From assembly GCF_008831285.2 (NCBI RefSeq), contig NC_045138.2:1426001-1490000 (forward strand): 64,000 nt of DNA, read 5' to 3'. Shown here piece after piece: positions 40,405 to 53,580 of the stretch (position 1 is the stretch's first letter; each line of letters begins with the position of its first letter). Both the position numbers and the translations under genes were made by a program. This DNA is from Nymphaea colorata. Lineage: Eukaryota. Below the pieces are notes generated by a model. It saw only the letters and a program-made list of their open reading frames with translations, was not told the DNA's origin and did no database searches.

Positions 40405-43144
40405 ATGCTGAGGAGGCCTCTCAGAGGGCCAAGAACTCCGCTTCCTTCTACCCTCTGCCTCTCCATTGCCGCCATTCCGGCCGTCCTCTTCCTTCTTCTC
40501 TCCTGCTCTTCCCTCTCCTTCCCTCCTTCCGTCCCTACCCCGCCCTCATCTCCTCCATCCTTGCCATCCGATCGCCGGACCGGCCACCGAGAAGTCCCCA
40601 TCACCGCCTCCACTGTCCTCCCCTCTTCCTCCATTCGCCAGGCCTGCTCCGCCACCCGTTTCCCCGATGCCTGTGAACGGACCCTCAGTCGTGCGCCGCC
40701 GGACCCTCACCCTACCCCCGCTGACCTCATACGGTTGGCCATCGACGCTGCTGCCGCCTCCCTGCGGACCGCCCGATCGACGGCGGATTCGATCCTCGCC
40801 TCCGCCGGCGGGGACCCAAAATTGACCAACGCCGCCCGCAACTGCGTCGAGTTCCTCGGCCTCTCCGCTTACCGCCTCGAGATGTCTTCCGACTCGGAAA
40901 CGATCGGGACGAGGGTGAAGGACGCCCGGGCCTGGCTTAGCGCGGGCTTGACCTATCAGTATGACTGCTGGTCAGCTCTGAAGTACGTCAACACCACGGA
41001 TCGGATTGGCGCCGCCATGACCTTCCTGGACTCGCTGATGGTCCTCACCAGCAACGCCCTCGCCATGGCCTTCGCGCTCGACCGGTTCGGAGGAGACACC
41101 GGCTCGTGGCGGCCGCCGCAGACCGAGCGAGACGGGCTGGACGCCGAGCCCCGCCCCTGGAAGCGTTCCGTGCGTCCGGTTCGGTTTCGGCGCGGTTTCG
41201 ACGGGCTGCAGCCCGACGTGGTGGTCTGTAAGGACCCGGCCGAAGGATGTCTCGGTTCGGTACAAGAGGCGGTCGACTCGGCCCCAGAGAGCGGTTCGAA
41301 ACCTTTCGTCATTAGAATAAAGGAAGGGGTGTACGAGGAGATAGTGAAGGTGCCGGCGGCGAAGCGGAACGTGGTCTTTTTGGGGGATGGCATGGGCAAG
41401 ACTGTCATTACCGGTTCTCTCAATGTCCAGATGGTCGGCGTCTCCACCTACAACACCGCCACGGTCGGTACGTCTCACAATCTCGTCCCGGTTCTTTGCT
41501 TCTTATTGACTGGAATGCCCATATTTAATAGGTTAAGGACAAATCATGTTAATTTATGTTATTTATAATACGTATAATTTAATGAAAGTAAGAATTACTC
41601 CGATAAATTTGATTCATGACTAATACAATATCATGTTATATCCTTTTTCCAGAATATAGTTAATTTTTCACTTTAAAAAAATGGTTGATTGGGTCAGGAC
41701 AAACAGCTATAAAATGTTACATTAAGTAAATTTGGAAATGATATAAATTATGAACGGATTATGGGCCGTTCAACTAATTTAAATTGTTTTTAAAATCAAA
41801 ATATATTTTTTTTCATTTTCAGAAAATAATCTTAGAGAAACAACTCATAATTAATTTAAAGTGTCTCAATTCATCACGGTGCCCAACAAGACCATGAATC
41901 AAATGAAGTAATTGGTTCAAGTATATATAGCCACCATTTCTTGGTTTCTTCTTTTCTGAATGTAAGACTATGTTCAAGTCATTGGACAGATCATTGAACG
42001 TTAAGAGATTTTCTATAGAATTTCAAAGTGCAACATTGTTCTCATTCAACCACAATCCTCTCCGACCTATATGGTGAGAGTTTTTGTGATATTGCGTTGC
42101 TTGATCACTCAACCTGGTTGGCTTTATTGTGCATCTTCATGTAAATTTATAGTCTGTATGTCCTTCGAATTATACGGGTGGGTTTGGTTTCATGTTCTTG
42201 ATAGAGAAGGAAGTCCTCTTTCGACACATATCTGAACTATTGAAAAGGTACACAAGTGGGGGTCTGAATTCTCTGTATTCCATTGTGTAGATTTAATCTA
42301 TATTGGGAGCAGATTACCGGTTCTTGTCTGGCCTTTGCGGCCCTTGTTGGATATGATTTCGAAGTCACCTGGATATGGACTGTCTCATCTTGATTTAAAG
42401 CCCAATTTCACGTAGTGAGTGTCTATATATGTATATAATACCTTGGTGATGAAAATCCTTTGTCCTACAGGAGTTAATGGGGATGGCTTCATGGCTAACG
42501 GAATCACATTTGTGAATGCTGCTGGATCTGATAGCCACCAAGCTGTGGCATTTCGATCAGATAGTGACTTCTCTCTGCTCGAGAACTGTGAGTTCCTTGG
42601 CCACCAAGACACTTTATATGCTCACGCACTACGTCAGTTCTATAGGTCATGTCGCATTCAAGGCACCATAGACTTCATCTTTGGAAACTCAGCTGCAGTC
42701 TTCCATAATTGTACGATTCTCATTGCCTCTCGACGGTTGTCTCATGTGAAGGGTGAGAGGAATGCTGTCACTGCCCATGGTCGAACTGATCCATCTCAAT
42801 CTACTGGGTTCGTATTCAAGGATTGTGTGATAAATGGCACACATGAGTACATGGACTACTTCTACTCAAAACCATTGATTCATCGGAACTATCTTGGCCG
42901 ACCATGGAAGGAGTATTCACGAACGGTGTTCTTGAGTTGTTGCTTGGAGGCTCTCATACAGCCAGAAGGGTGGATGCCATGGAAGGGCGATTTTGCGCTG
43001 AAGACACTATACTATGGGGAGTATGAAAATTTTGGGCCTGGAGCAAACGTTTCAAGTAGGGTTCCTTGGAGCAGTCAGATTGAGTCCAAAAATGTTGACA
43101 TGTATTCTGTTGAGAGTTTCGTACAAGGAAGCGAGTGGATTTGA
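40405..43144 (+). CDS. Pectinesterase/pectinesterase inhibitor (type I PME with PMEI pro-domain; PME51-like), 2 exons
   Basis: Exons 40405-41467 (G|GTACGT) and 42471-43144 (ctacAG|). Hydrophobic N-terminal anchor; PMEI cysteines ([30 protein letters not shown]); PME motifs [34 protein letters not shown] and [13 protein letters not shown] are all intact. Confidence 0.95.
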
Positions 43145-46100
43145 CCCTATTTGCTTCAATTTTGTGGTGAGAAAGTTCTCAGGAGACAACCACACATTCA
43201 GTGACTTTTGAGGGCTTTCATTCTCCGATGAGGAAAGAAAGTGTTTGTAAGATTTCTTTTTCTTGCTACAGATGCAGAGAAAAATATTTATCTTGTATCA
43301 AAGATTAATAGTCAATGTCTGGGCGTATCCCTAATATGCAGGGAAAATCTTTGGTCTTATCAACCAATGACCTGCCAATGTGGAGTTAGTTATGGGGATT
43401 TTCCGTCTAGTTAAAAAGATGTCCCATGATCAAGTACTTCGATTTTCCTGTCCACAGATATTTATTGTTATTGAAGTTTAATAAGTGAATTGGTGTTATC
43501 ATTAGTTTACCTTTTTCTTTATTGGTTCTTTTTTGGTTTTCTAAGTAAAGCAATGGCAGAGATAGGAAACTAATGTTGGTCTTCTTTGGCTTTTCTTGTT
43601 CTTCAGTCTCTATATTTCTTTGGATACTACGCTTGAGCCTTGATCTTAAATCTATGTTTGGCTTGGGAAGTCTTTCTTATAGAAAGGTGTCCCTTTTTTC
43701 CATATTCTGGATCTACCAATGTATGATACCTATAACATGTTGACAGTATTCTGAAATAACACTGACATGTTATCCTGATTGTAAATGTAATATCCTGTGC
43801 ATTACATTTTTAAGAAGACTTACGAGTTAAGAATAGTCATGCATAAATGATCTTGGGAAAAAGTTAAAGGTTTTATAAAGCCGGATGCGCTACTACCAGT
43901 TGGCTTTGTTCCTAGACTTTTTAAGGCATGAAACATAATAGGCTGTGAGGCGGTTTAGGATCTGCCATGTCAGACACTTCAGTCAGTTTGGGGATGTGTC
44001 GTTAGTGTAGAAGGTGATGTGATATTGAAAACATAAAGTCTTCAAAATAATAAGCATTTTCAGAAGATCATGCCTTGTGACGATGCCAATGTGAAAGCAC
44101 TTTGGTGCTGGACATGGTTTATACGATCTTGACACAAAGAGGAAAGTTACAATATGTGCTTTTATAAACTGTAGGTCCAACCACAAAACTGACTAAGAAG
44201 GAAGGGCTATTAAGCCGGATTTAAGTGTACCAACTTGGGACTGTGATGACCCAGCCCAAACTAAGGGTGATACAAAGAGACATTTATAAAACATATTTTC
44301 AGCACTCAGAACATTTCTTTAGTCTTTTCCTTTTACAAATTTATCAATTGGTAATAACAACCTATTGATGCAGCACAGCAGTAGTTTTAATATTTCTAAA
44401 ATTGTTGGAGTAGGAAAAAAAGGAATACTGATTAAGACTCGGATGAAGCCATAAGCATATCTTTGTTTCCATATTGGCAACCAGACCTAGGCAAAGCAGG
44501 TCTACACAATCATTATATCATGGTTCATAACCACAATATATTTCCCACAAATATACTGGTGTGCTCTTTGAGAAAATTTGCTTGAACATGTCATGAAACC
44601 AACTTTGGCCCCAGAAAGAAATGGTATAATTTTGTAACAAAAATTGCCAAAAGTTCATTGTTATCTAGATAAGGACACGTACCCGGCCACGTCATATGAG
44701 TATCTTTAATTCATAAAATAATCCGAATAAACTACATATCTAACCATATGCCTTTTGAGCAGTTTCGAATTCATAAAATAATCCCACTATGCTAAGTCAG
44801 TTAATCCTCTTATATTTTACATCCTAGGTCTCTTTATCTAGCTTATGTATGCTCTTAATTTGGTACTTGAATCAAGTGACTATACAAAAATTATGTTGAA
44901 ATACACAATACTAGTGATAGTATAACCTAGAGCTGGTTCATGTTTAACTGATTTACAGTGTACCATCTCATAGAGTCCCTGTGAATGTTGAATAAAGTTT
45001 GTAAACAGTGTCTCATATATAAACAGCCAACTAAGAATCACAAGTAAGTCAAAAAGGGCAAAAAACCCACTCATGTATTCTCTTAGCATGTAAAAACATT
45101 TAAGTGGGAAACTGACTGGGTTGACTGTGCTAGTGTGCTGTACTGTCTAACTATATATACAAATAAATTGTTTTGCAACAATCTGTAATTTGTTAGCACT
45201 TAAATGGTTCTATATCCACTTAATTCAGGTAATAGTTGCCAAAACCCAGAAAAGTTGGTGAAAGGTAGTGTGTGCCGTACCAACATGGCACAGCAGGTAC
45301 TTGGACAAACTTGGGTATTTTTGGATCAAAACGGATGCAAGCTACTTTCTTTTACTTGATTTAGCTTGTTCCTAACTTAGTTTTCATTCTGTTTTTGAGA
45401 GTTATTGGTCTATGTGTGATGTTTTTATTTATATTACTTGTTTATGTAAATGTTGCTTTTATTTGAATTTTTTTTGGCATCATGTATATAGCCTGCCATG
45501 CTCCCATACCCACATTTTCTAAAGTTTCCTTTGTGTACCTTCAACTGCATACCCATACCCCAACCCGTACCTGCACCCATGTGACTTAGTGACAGAAAGC
45601 AATATGTGAAATCATTTAGGAATTGGCGTAAGGCTTCCACAAATATAAGAATTGGGATTTCTGAGAAAGAAAATATTTTTTAGAGGACCATAACTTAGAA
45701 TGTAAATAAGTTGGGTTAGTTTCTTCAATTTGGTGAATTAGTTCTTTTAGACATCTAGTCAGATATTGAGAAAAGAGGATTTGTGTAGGTTTAGATTATA
45801 ACTATAGATGTCGTTGTGGATATCATTATCACCATATATGAGGTTACATTCTATTCCTTTTGGTATGTTACACATGATAGTAGCAAGGTCAGGCATATAT
45901 CTCGTCTCCATTTTTTATTTTGTGTTGTATAATAGTCTGTTTCTAACATTTCATCAAAATTTTAAACTTGTATTTCCTTAACATATCCATATCTATAAAT
46001 CGCACTTTTGGAGTGTCAACAATTTGTTTCCTCTTTGCCAAATGTTTAAGTGTCACTGTGTTGGTTATACATTGCCATGTTTCTTTCATGTGATAACAAG

Positions 46101-47439
46101 GTCTTCTTTGTGATTGTATTTCTTCTTGCTGTTGAATCCTCATGAACAAGTATTTTCATCTTTTACTTCTAACTGGTAAGTGGGGAGTGTAGATTGATCT
46201 TTGATCTTCTTCTTTTCTTTTTTTTCCCTGTAAGCTTAACATTGGCAATTTGTTCAACTTACTGCTAGATTGTTTCTTGACTTCTTGTTACATGAACAAG
46301 AAAAAGGAGGGTTTGGTTTTATTGGTGCTTGCTGTCGCAGTGGAAGAAGCTGCACCCTTTTTTATGTGGGAAAGGTTCTCTTCCATAAACTGCCTGAAAA
46401 AACTGGTAGGTGATTTTTGTCCTTTCATGATAGTGTTCTTTTATCTGAATGTCTTATTATTCTTGGACAATGATTTTCATATAGTGCCATGTTGGGGGAA
46501 AAGAACCACATGGTTTTCCTACTTAGTGGGAAGTTAATATTTTTTATTACTTACACTACCCTTATTAAGTGTTCTTTAACAGACTGCCATTAGTAGTTAG
46601 GGTCTTGTTTTCTGGTTGGTATATGATTATGTGCGTCCACCAGAAGCATATGTTGAGGATGAATCAATAACTTTGCAGAATTAATATTGCAACAGATTGA
46701 AGATACTTTCATGTTACACTTAAAAGGAAAAGGATTTTTCTAAACTGTAATTTTTAAAACAAGGGTTGTATTTAGACCAAATGTGGCACAATAACTGATC
46801 CTCATATCTTTAAATACAATAAAATAATCTTAAATCAAACATTCAAGAGCTTAATATCACGGATGGAAGAAATTATTTCTACAGATTTTCTGGATCCCTG
46901 GTGCTCCCAAGTACTTGACATGGTGAGTTATGCTACTCCTGATGTTTTCTAGGACTTGTACCACCACATTGGTAGTGAAGTGGCTGTTGGCTCATGGCTG
47001 TGGATTGTTAATCCCATTGATTAGCCTTCTTGAAGTCAAAAGTGCTTGAACTAAGATTCTGTCATTCTGTGGTTCAGCCACCCAAGCTTTACTGAAAGGC
47101 TCTCAAGTCTCAACCTCCCATTTTCTCAAACAAGCTAAAGTAGTCAAAAGCTGAAAGTTGCCAGGTTTGGTAGAAAGTTAGAGATGTCAGTAAGGGATCC
47201 TCCTGGATCATCGATAAAGGGTCTTGTCCTCATCATGGCACCTAATCTTTTCCCTTAGAAGATTGATGTCAATGGGGACATGATTCAATTGAAAAGATTG
47301 AGCTGATTGTCTCAGAAATTTTTTATAATATAATATCAAAAAATTGATGTCATTGACCAATCCATTGTTCGTCTACAAATTGCAGAATCACGTTTGTTTT
47401 CTTATCACTTGCCTTCACCGAAATAAATAAAGATCTAAT

Positions 47440-47855
47440 CGTAGTCACAAAAAATGTGTGTTTTTTTAAAACACGTTGAAACAGACAAAAAAAAGTCAGA
47501 CGAATAAATTGGCAAAAAACACTGTTTTTTTTTAATAAAATGCCAAAACAGAAAAAAAAACGTGAATAAAATATGTGTTTCCCTTTTTTCTCTATTTTTT
47601 TTCATTTTAAATGTTTTTCACGTTTTTTTAATGCCAAACTACTTGTTTCCATTTTTAAATTTTTATTGTTGCTTATCTACTTATTTTTTTATATTGTCTT
47701 ATTAATTTCTCATTTATTTTATTCTTCCTAATTTTTTAAAATTTTTAATTTTTTTAAAAAATTTACCGATTTTTTCCCATTTTTTTCAAGCTTGCCGTAT
47801 TATATCCAAGAAAAAATTTTCTGTTTTAAACACAAAAACGATATTTGTAACTATG
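47440..47855. mobile_element. hAT-type MITE (CATAGTTACAA family)
   Basis: Ends CGTAGTCACAA / TTGTAACTATG; 8-bp flanks GATCTAAT / AATCTAAT; very AT-rich interior. Confidence 0.7.
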
Positions 47856-48301
47856 AATCTAATGGAACATGTTTCTAGAGGGCTTACCTTTTCAAAAATG
47901 ATCAAGGAGGCCGTCTCAGTTCATAACATCTACATGTGGTTAACTTGTCTTTTTTCCTTTTCTGCAGTGTGGGATTATATTTATTATTTACTCCATTACT
48001 CATGAAATGTCAAAACTAATTAACTTAGTTCCTTGCTGAGTTGTGTATGTTTTTCTTTTTGAGTTAGTGTGCATTATCTTCTTAGAGTTCTGTTTTTGTA
48101 GATGATTTTTTTTTTATCGTCTACACTCATGGGAGCATGTTAAAAATATTTCACATTCATTGGCCTTCCTTTTCATGTATCTGTTTTTGTGCCACAATAT
48201 TTGATTTATCAGGTGTGTACTAGTTAGTGCTTCAACCTGTGAGGTTTCTCAGGATATGTCAGTAAATTCAAGAACCCTTGCTTTAGGAAAGGGAAACATC
48301 G

Positions 48302-50242
48302 AACATGCAACCAGAGTTCACTGGGACACGAAGGGTCAAGAGAAATGGAGATGGAGTTGACACTTCAAGGGATAAAATTTATTGTACGAGAATGTCTCCA
48401 GGTCTAGATGCGTGGAGGCGTGAAGTTGGCAATAGTTCTGCAATAACTGGCTGCACTTCATTGTGTAGGTTGTAGCTTTAATTTCCAACCCCATAAATCT
48501 AGTTCTCTACCTTTTTGGACTTTCTTTTGACTACTGATTTGGAAATTTGTTTCTCTTATTTCTAGGTCTTTTTAAGTGCATGTTTCACTCTCTGAAGAAG
48601 AAAATTCGGGATGGGAAAATTCTAGTTATTTAATTGTTGGCTGAAAATTTTCCAGGCTGATGCCAACTAAAAAATTTTGAGAACAAAACCGAACCTTGCT
48701 TCTAAAGATAAGCAGTACATAAAGCTTTGATACTATTTATCCATTAGAAAGGAAATAACTTTCCCAGTAAAAATTAGACCCTGCAGGAATGTTTTTCACC
48801 AAAATCTTTTCATTTTTGTTGTATAGTGTGGGAGAAAGGCATGGGCTCATTATTTTTTGACAAAAGCTATGAAACTTCTAAATCTGTCCAGCAATCAAAG
48901 AGATCCTTGAGAACCACTTTCCTTTGCTGCATATTCTAAATCTGTCCGGCAATCAAACAAATCTTAAGGATTAATTTCTTCTTTCCTGCAAATCTGAATT
49001 CTGGAGTTCATGCAGAAACACTAATTATTTTTTTATGTATGTTGTTAATTACAGAGAGTGCATGGTGAGGAATGAATCCCAAGGCATTGTCCCTCCATTC
49101 CGTAGTTATCATCGAAGGGATCTTTACATGAGAACTGTTACTGCCAGACATGCCAGTAATGACCCAATGGAAAGAAGATCTTCAGGATGCTTTGGTTGTA
49201 AAGTATATACCAATCTACATGGAAGACAACCTGAGGGAAGATCACCTGAGGATGACAATCTTAAGAGGAAACTTGCAGACGCGGAAAAACGTTCTGCTTC
49301 TTTCTGCCATGATTTTACTGTTGGCAAGTTCACTAATTTTTCAGGTTGTATGTACGTCCCTTTTGGTGATATATATGATGGACATGATGATTTTCCTCAT
49401 AAGGAACAACTGCTAGAAAGAAACAGTTTGGACAAGGAACATCATATGCTACAGGATTCCTTTATTCAACTACATGCCGGTGCTACATTGTTGTGTGCAT
49501 GTACTTCTAATATGCATGCTGGTGATGCCAACATATGGAATCAAGCGGCCCTTTCTAGTGATGCTTCTGCATTTTGTTGTCCTCAGAAGGGCTATAGCAC
49601 TAACCAGCCATCATGTTGTCGAGGTCCTTCTGATCCTCGCCTTAAGCTTGCATTGGCCCAGAAGGAACCTCAGAATTACACTTCACCCAAGAGAGATAAT
49701 AGTGCTTCCTCATTCAATCATGTAATACCTGCATCATTTCAAACAAAAACCATTGTGATGAATGCACCAAATCTTGTATCCGGTGATCAATCTGTTAAGC
49801 TGTCAACTTTACTGGATAAGACATTTGAAGCTTCTAAGCAAAATATACACCTCCAGAATTTATTGAATTCTGCCAGTCTGGCAGCTTCCCAATTATTTTG
49901 CTGGACTCGAGGTCAAGGGACACAAAAGATCTCAAGAACATGGTGGAACAGGAAAAGAAGCTCAGAAATCATCAAACCGTTAGGGTGATAGTGCATGAGG
50001 AGAAGCAAGGTAAAGACCCAACGGTAATGATGTTCAAGGTTGCACTAGCAGAAATGATGGTGGGACCGCTGAAGCCTACATGGGAGGAAGGTCACATGAG
50101 CAGGGAAGAGCACAAGGGTCTAGCAAAGAGAATAGATGATAAGGTGATGAGGGCCTTGCAGAGAACTTGTATTCCTACCACTGAAAAACGAATTGAACAA
50201 TACCTTGCAGTTTCAAAGCCAAAAATTGCTAAACTTATAGAG
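48302..50242 (+). pseudogene. Probable pseudogene of a CCCH zinc-finger protein with a C-terminal SRI-like domain (C3H38/C3H55/FES1-type)
   Basis: Exon ~48302-48468 (YCTRMSPGLDAWRR) joins in phase 2 to the exon starting at 49055. Degenerate zinc finger C-x7-F-x5-C-x3-P at 49305-49361. Frame change near 49890-49990 before the conserved domain FKVALAEMMVGPLKPTWEEGHMSREEHKGLAKRIDDKV...IPTTEKRIEQYLAVSKPKIAKLIE|GTAAAC. Confidence 0.65.
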
Positions 50243-51931
50243 GTAAACCTCTTTCTTTCTTCTATTTTTATGAACGGGACTTTCCAATACCTAGGTGTTT
50301 CTGGATTCTGGACTCTAGATGCCAAGTGAACTGGTTGGGGGTTCCACAATGACACTGAATAGCTGTTCGGTTTTTGAGGCCTCAAAAACAAGTTTCTATT
50401 GCATTTTCTTTATGGTATCCATGTGTGGAGGAGCGCACATGAGTACACTGAGCAGCCGAACACATGGAACATCCAAATTTACTGGTGAACTACGATGGCC
50501 TTTATTGAATCAGTCACATGATAGTGACCCTGGTGACTACGTTATTCTTAGTTGATCAAGCTGTTAGATGAATTTAATGCTATTTGGCTTTTGTTTCCTG
50601 TACAGGAGTATGTTAAACACCAGAGGCTTGCAAATCACATGAACATCATGGGCAGGAGATGGATTTAATGTCAGACGAAATATGATAAGGCTTTTTGCCC
50701 CCCTGCAAGACTGAAGGCAACGAGTTCCTATATAATATTGTTGAACATTTGGCTTTCCTACCTTCAAAAGCAGTGCTGTTGCATACATCTTATATTACTG
50801 TTTGACATTTAGATTTGCGTAGCCTACAAAACCTATTATTTCAGATGTATGATAATTTGGATCCTATTCTTGCTTTTTTTTGTTGCACATCTACATGTCT
50901 CACATGCACAAACTCAACATACTCTACTTGATGCCACACAAAGCATTGAACTCCTTTACAGTCTTGGCTGAAAATGAGCAACTTGAGGTCTTGAGCATGA
51001 TGGCTCCCCCAGCAGGTCCTCTGAAACTTGAGCACAACCGCTAATGTTTGTCTTAGGGGCACATTACATATTTTTTTTTGTATTCTCTGTAACTCCTTTT
51101 CAAATTATGAATGAGAAAACTCTGCACTAGTCTTTCATTGGATAATGTGCCATAATCCCTCTCTTAGCTTGTTTACCTTCTCTTTTATCTTCATAGTTTT
51201 TTCAAATCTGTTTTAATGTCTTATAGATTTGAACGCACAGACACAACATTCACAAACGCGCACAGGCACACCCACAACCCACTGGTACTTGGTTGCTCTT
51301 GGTTCCATAAAAGGGTGTGCTGGCCAAAGGCTGGTTACCTTTATTCCAAGAAAAGCAACACCACTATACATCAGTATGCTCAACATACAGAAAGGGAGAC
51401 TCAAATCTCTCGGTGAAAATCCCATTTGGACCCTTGCTGATCTCAGATAATAAAGTCTCTGATTTTGTCTTGGGCAAACAAAATCTTAAATGTATGAATG
51501 CAAGGGCCTATCCACTCTCCGACAATCGATGGTTCCTCTCACTCTGTTATATTGATGATGTAAGGCTTTGCTGCCCTCCACTCTAGTAACCATATCTCCT
51601 TCAACATGTTTTAGGCAAAATGTGGAGTTTTAAGTAAGGAAGCCTCTAAAAAAAGAATAAAGTAAATTTCCTTGTGTAGCAGATCACAACCATGTTAAGC
51701 AGTTCATGGTTCAGGTGTGTCCGTATGTGTCTTTATGATCTTACCTGTGCTTTCCAAATCCATGTCGAGCACATCTTGTTAACCACATTGATTGATTTTG
51801 TCCTTTAAATGCATTAAGGCTGTGTTCCTTAGATTCTAGATTTTGTCTAATTTTTCAATGATTATGATGATGATGATAACAATGGTGCTTATTTGGTTGA
51901 ATGGCAACCTTGTTCTACAAGCGCACTCGGC

Positions 51932-52460
51932 CATAGTTGGCAAACTCGTGATTTGGACTTGGATCGACTGATGATCGGGTCACTGAGTCAGTGAGTTGAC
52001 TTGTCGACTCAGTGAATTAACTCATTGACTTGGTCAAGTTTTAAAATAACTTGAATCGGGTGAGTCAGCCGTGTCAGGAACAAGCCGGGCCAACCTTGAC
52101 TCATGGGCATACCTCCAGCCGATGGCTGTCTCTCCGAGCAACTCCGACTGAAACCTTCTCCAGCAGCTCTGGTTGAGGTTCTCTGCCCGCTACCTCGAGG
52201 TTCCTGCAACTTCGTGCTTCGGCTTTCTTAAGGAGTGGTTCTCCTCTTGGCTCGCCCCGGCGCTCCATCGCCTCCTTAGGCATCCTCAGGTTCCAGACTG
52301 CCCGATAACGGTTAGTGTCATAACTGCTAGCGGCTTACACAGTTACACTCACTTCTCCTCCTTTCTTTTCCAAAAGCTTATTGAGTCATGGCCAGATTTT
52401 CTAGCGATCCGAGTTGACTCAGGTGATTCCGGAGCCAACTCGGCCAGTCAGCCAATTATG
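51932..52460. mobile_element. hAT-type non-autonomous element with a GC-rich internal segment
   Basis: TIRs CATAGTTGGC / GCCAATTATG; flanks CACTCGGC / CAATTGGC (2 mismatches); subterminal GAGTCA/TGACTC repeats at both ends. Confidence 0.65.
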
Positions 52461-53545
52461 CAATTGGCTAAGGAGATGGACATGTTCCATTAGCCTTAGG
52501 ATTATTCATGTTGGCTGCGTGCTGGATAAAGGGTCTTTCTTGCTTGTCCACACAAAAGATTTAGCTAGTTCTTGGTTATCCTCTTCAAATTATGTGAGAT
52601 TCAGAAAATGAATCACTAACTCTCACATGGTTTGAGAGTTACTCAGCATATTTCTTGACACTATAGAGTCAGGGATTAGCCAAGTAGGTTCAATTCCTGG
52701 TTGAGCAAAGTCATGTCCCAAACCTTAATGGGAGGATCCCCTCCACCAAATGCCAATGCTCGGATTCTTGAATAATTTGCATTATGCAAATCTTAGATAG
52801 AGAATTTCTCATATATATTCTTTCTTACCTTTCTCTGGTTTGTTGCTTTATACAAATTGGCAACCAGTAGTGGGGGAAGCACAGGAGAGAAGCACTTTCA
52901 AAAGTAGGATAATCCAACTATTAATATTAAACTGATCTTGTTTAACCTCATAAAGTACAGGTAAGATGACCGGCGAAGCGTCCCTGGAGCCAAATCCTGC
53001 TGTTTCAGGTCCCAAGATCTTTAATCGAAATCAGAATAAAAAAAGCTAAGTTGTTTAGATGCATCCAAAATTGAAGCCTCCACCTTTGCTAACAAAGAAT
53101 TTTTTCGGGTGGGAAACGAGAGATATTCTGTTGAACAATTTATCACCTAATTAATTAGCCTCATCGCTCCTAATGTTCCTAGTTCAATTTAAACTTGTAC
53201 ATACTATATGTATCATACTTTTCTTGCCAATGAGATTAATCGGAAAATTTTGGCCTTTCCAATCCGCTATATATATGTATATATACCAAAAAAAAAAGCC
53301 AAAATGAAAATATCACATTTTCTCATAATTTCAGAAATTTTCTTTTAACATATCTCAAATTTTGACAGCTTACTTAAACATTTTAATAACTAATCTCTTT
53401 ATAAGAGAATTACTAGAAAACTCAAATTTTCGTAATTTTGTAATGATTCTTATATTTTTAACTTTTTGAACTCTTAAGTTTTTCTTGAGAAAAACGAACT
53501 TGTTCATTGATACCTAAGAAAAACCTCAACATAAGAACTGTACTT

Positions 53546-53580
<35 letters not shown>

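Noticed and set aside
40332..41478. Several overlapping and antisense ORFs (90-168 aa)
   Set aside because: Shadow ORFs of the GC-rich PME exon 1; the same applies to the antisense ORFs over the bHLH (57596-58040) and TRM11 exon 1.
17678..43144. Cell-wall gene cluster (GUX3 plus PME)
   Set aside because: The genes act on different polymers (xylan vs pectin), are ~18 kb apart with an unrelated gene between them, and both families are large; adjacency is plausibly chance.
46870..47245. Possible LINE 3' (zf-RVT) remnant: DFLDPW, GSWLWIVNP, LEVKSA*
   Set aside because: The motif resemblance is too short and broken to call without a profile search.
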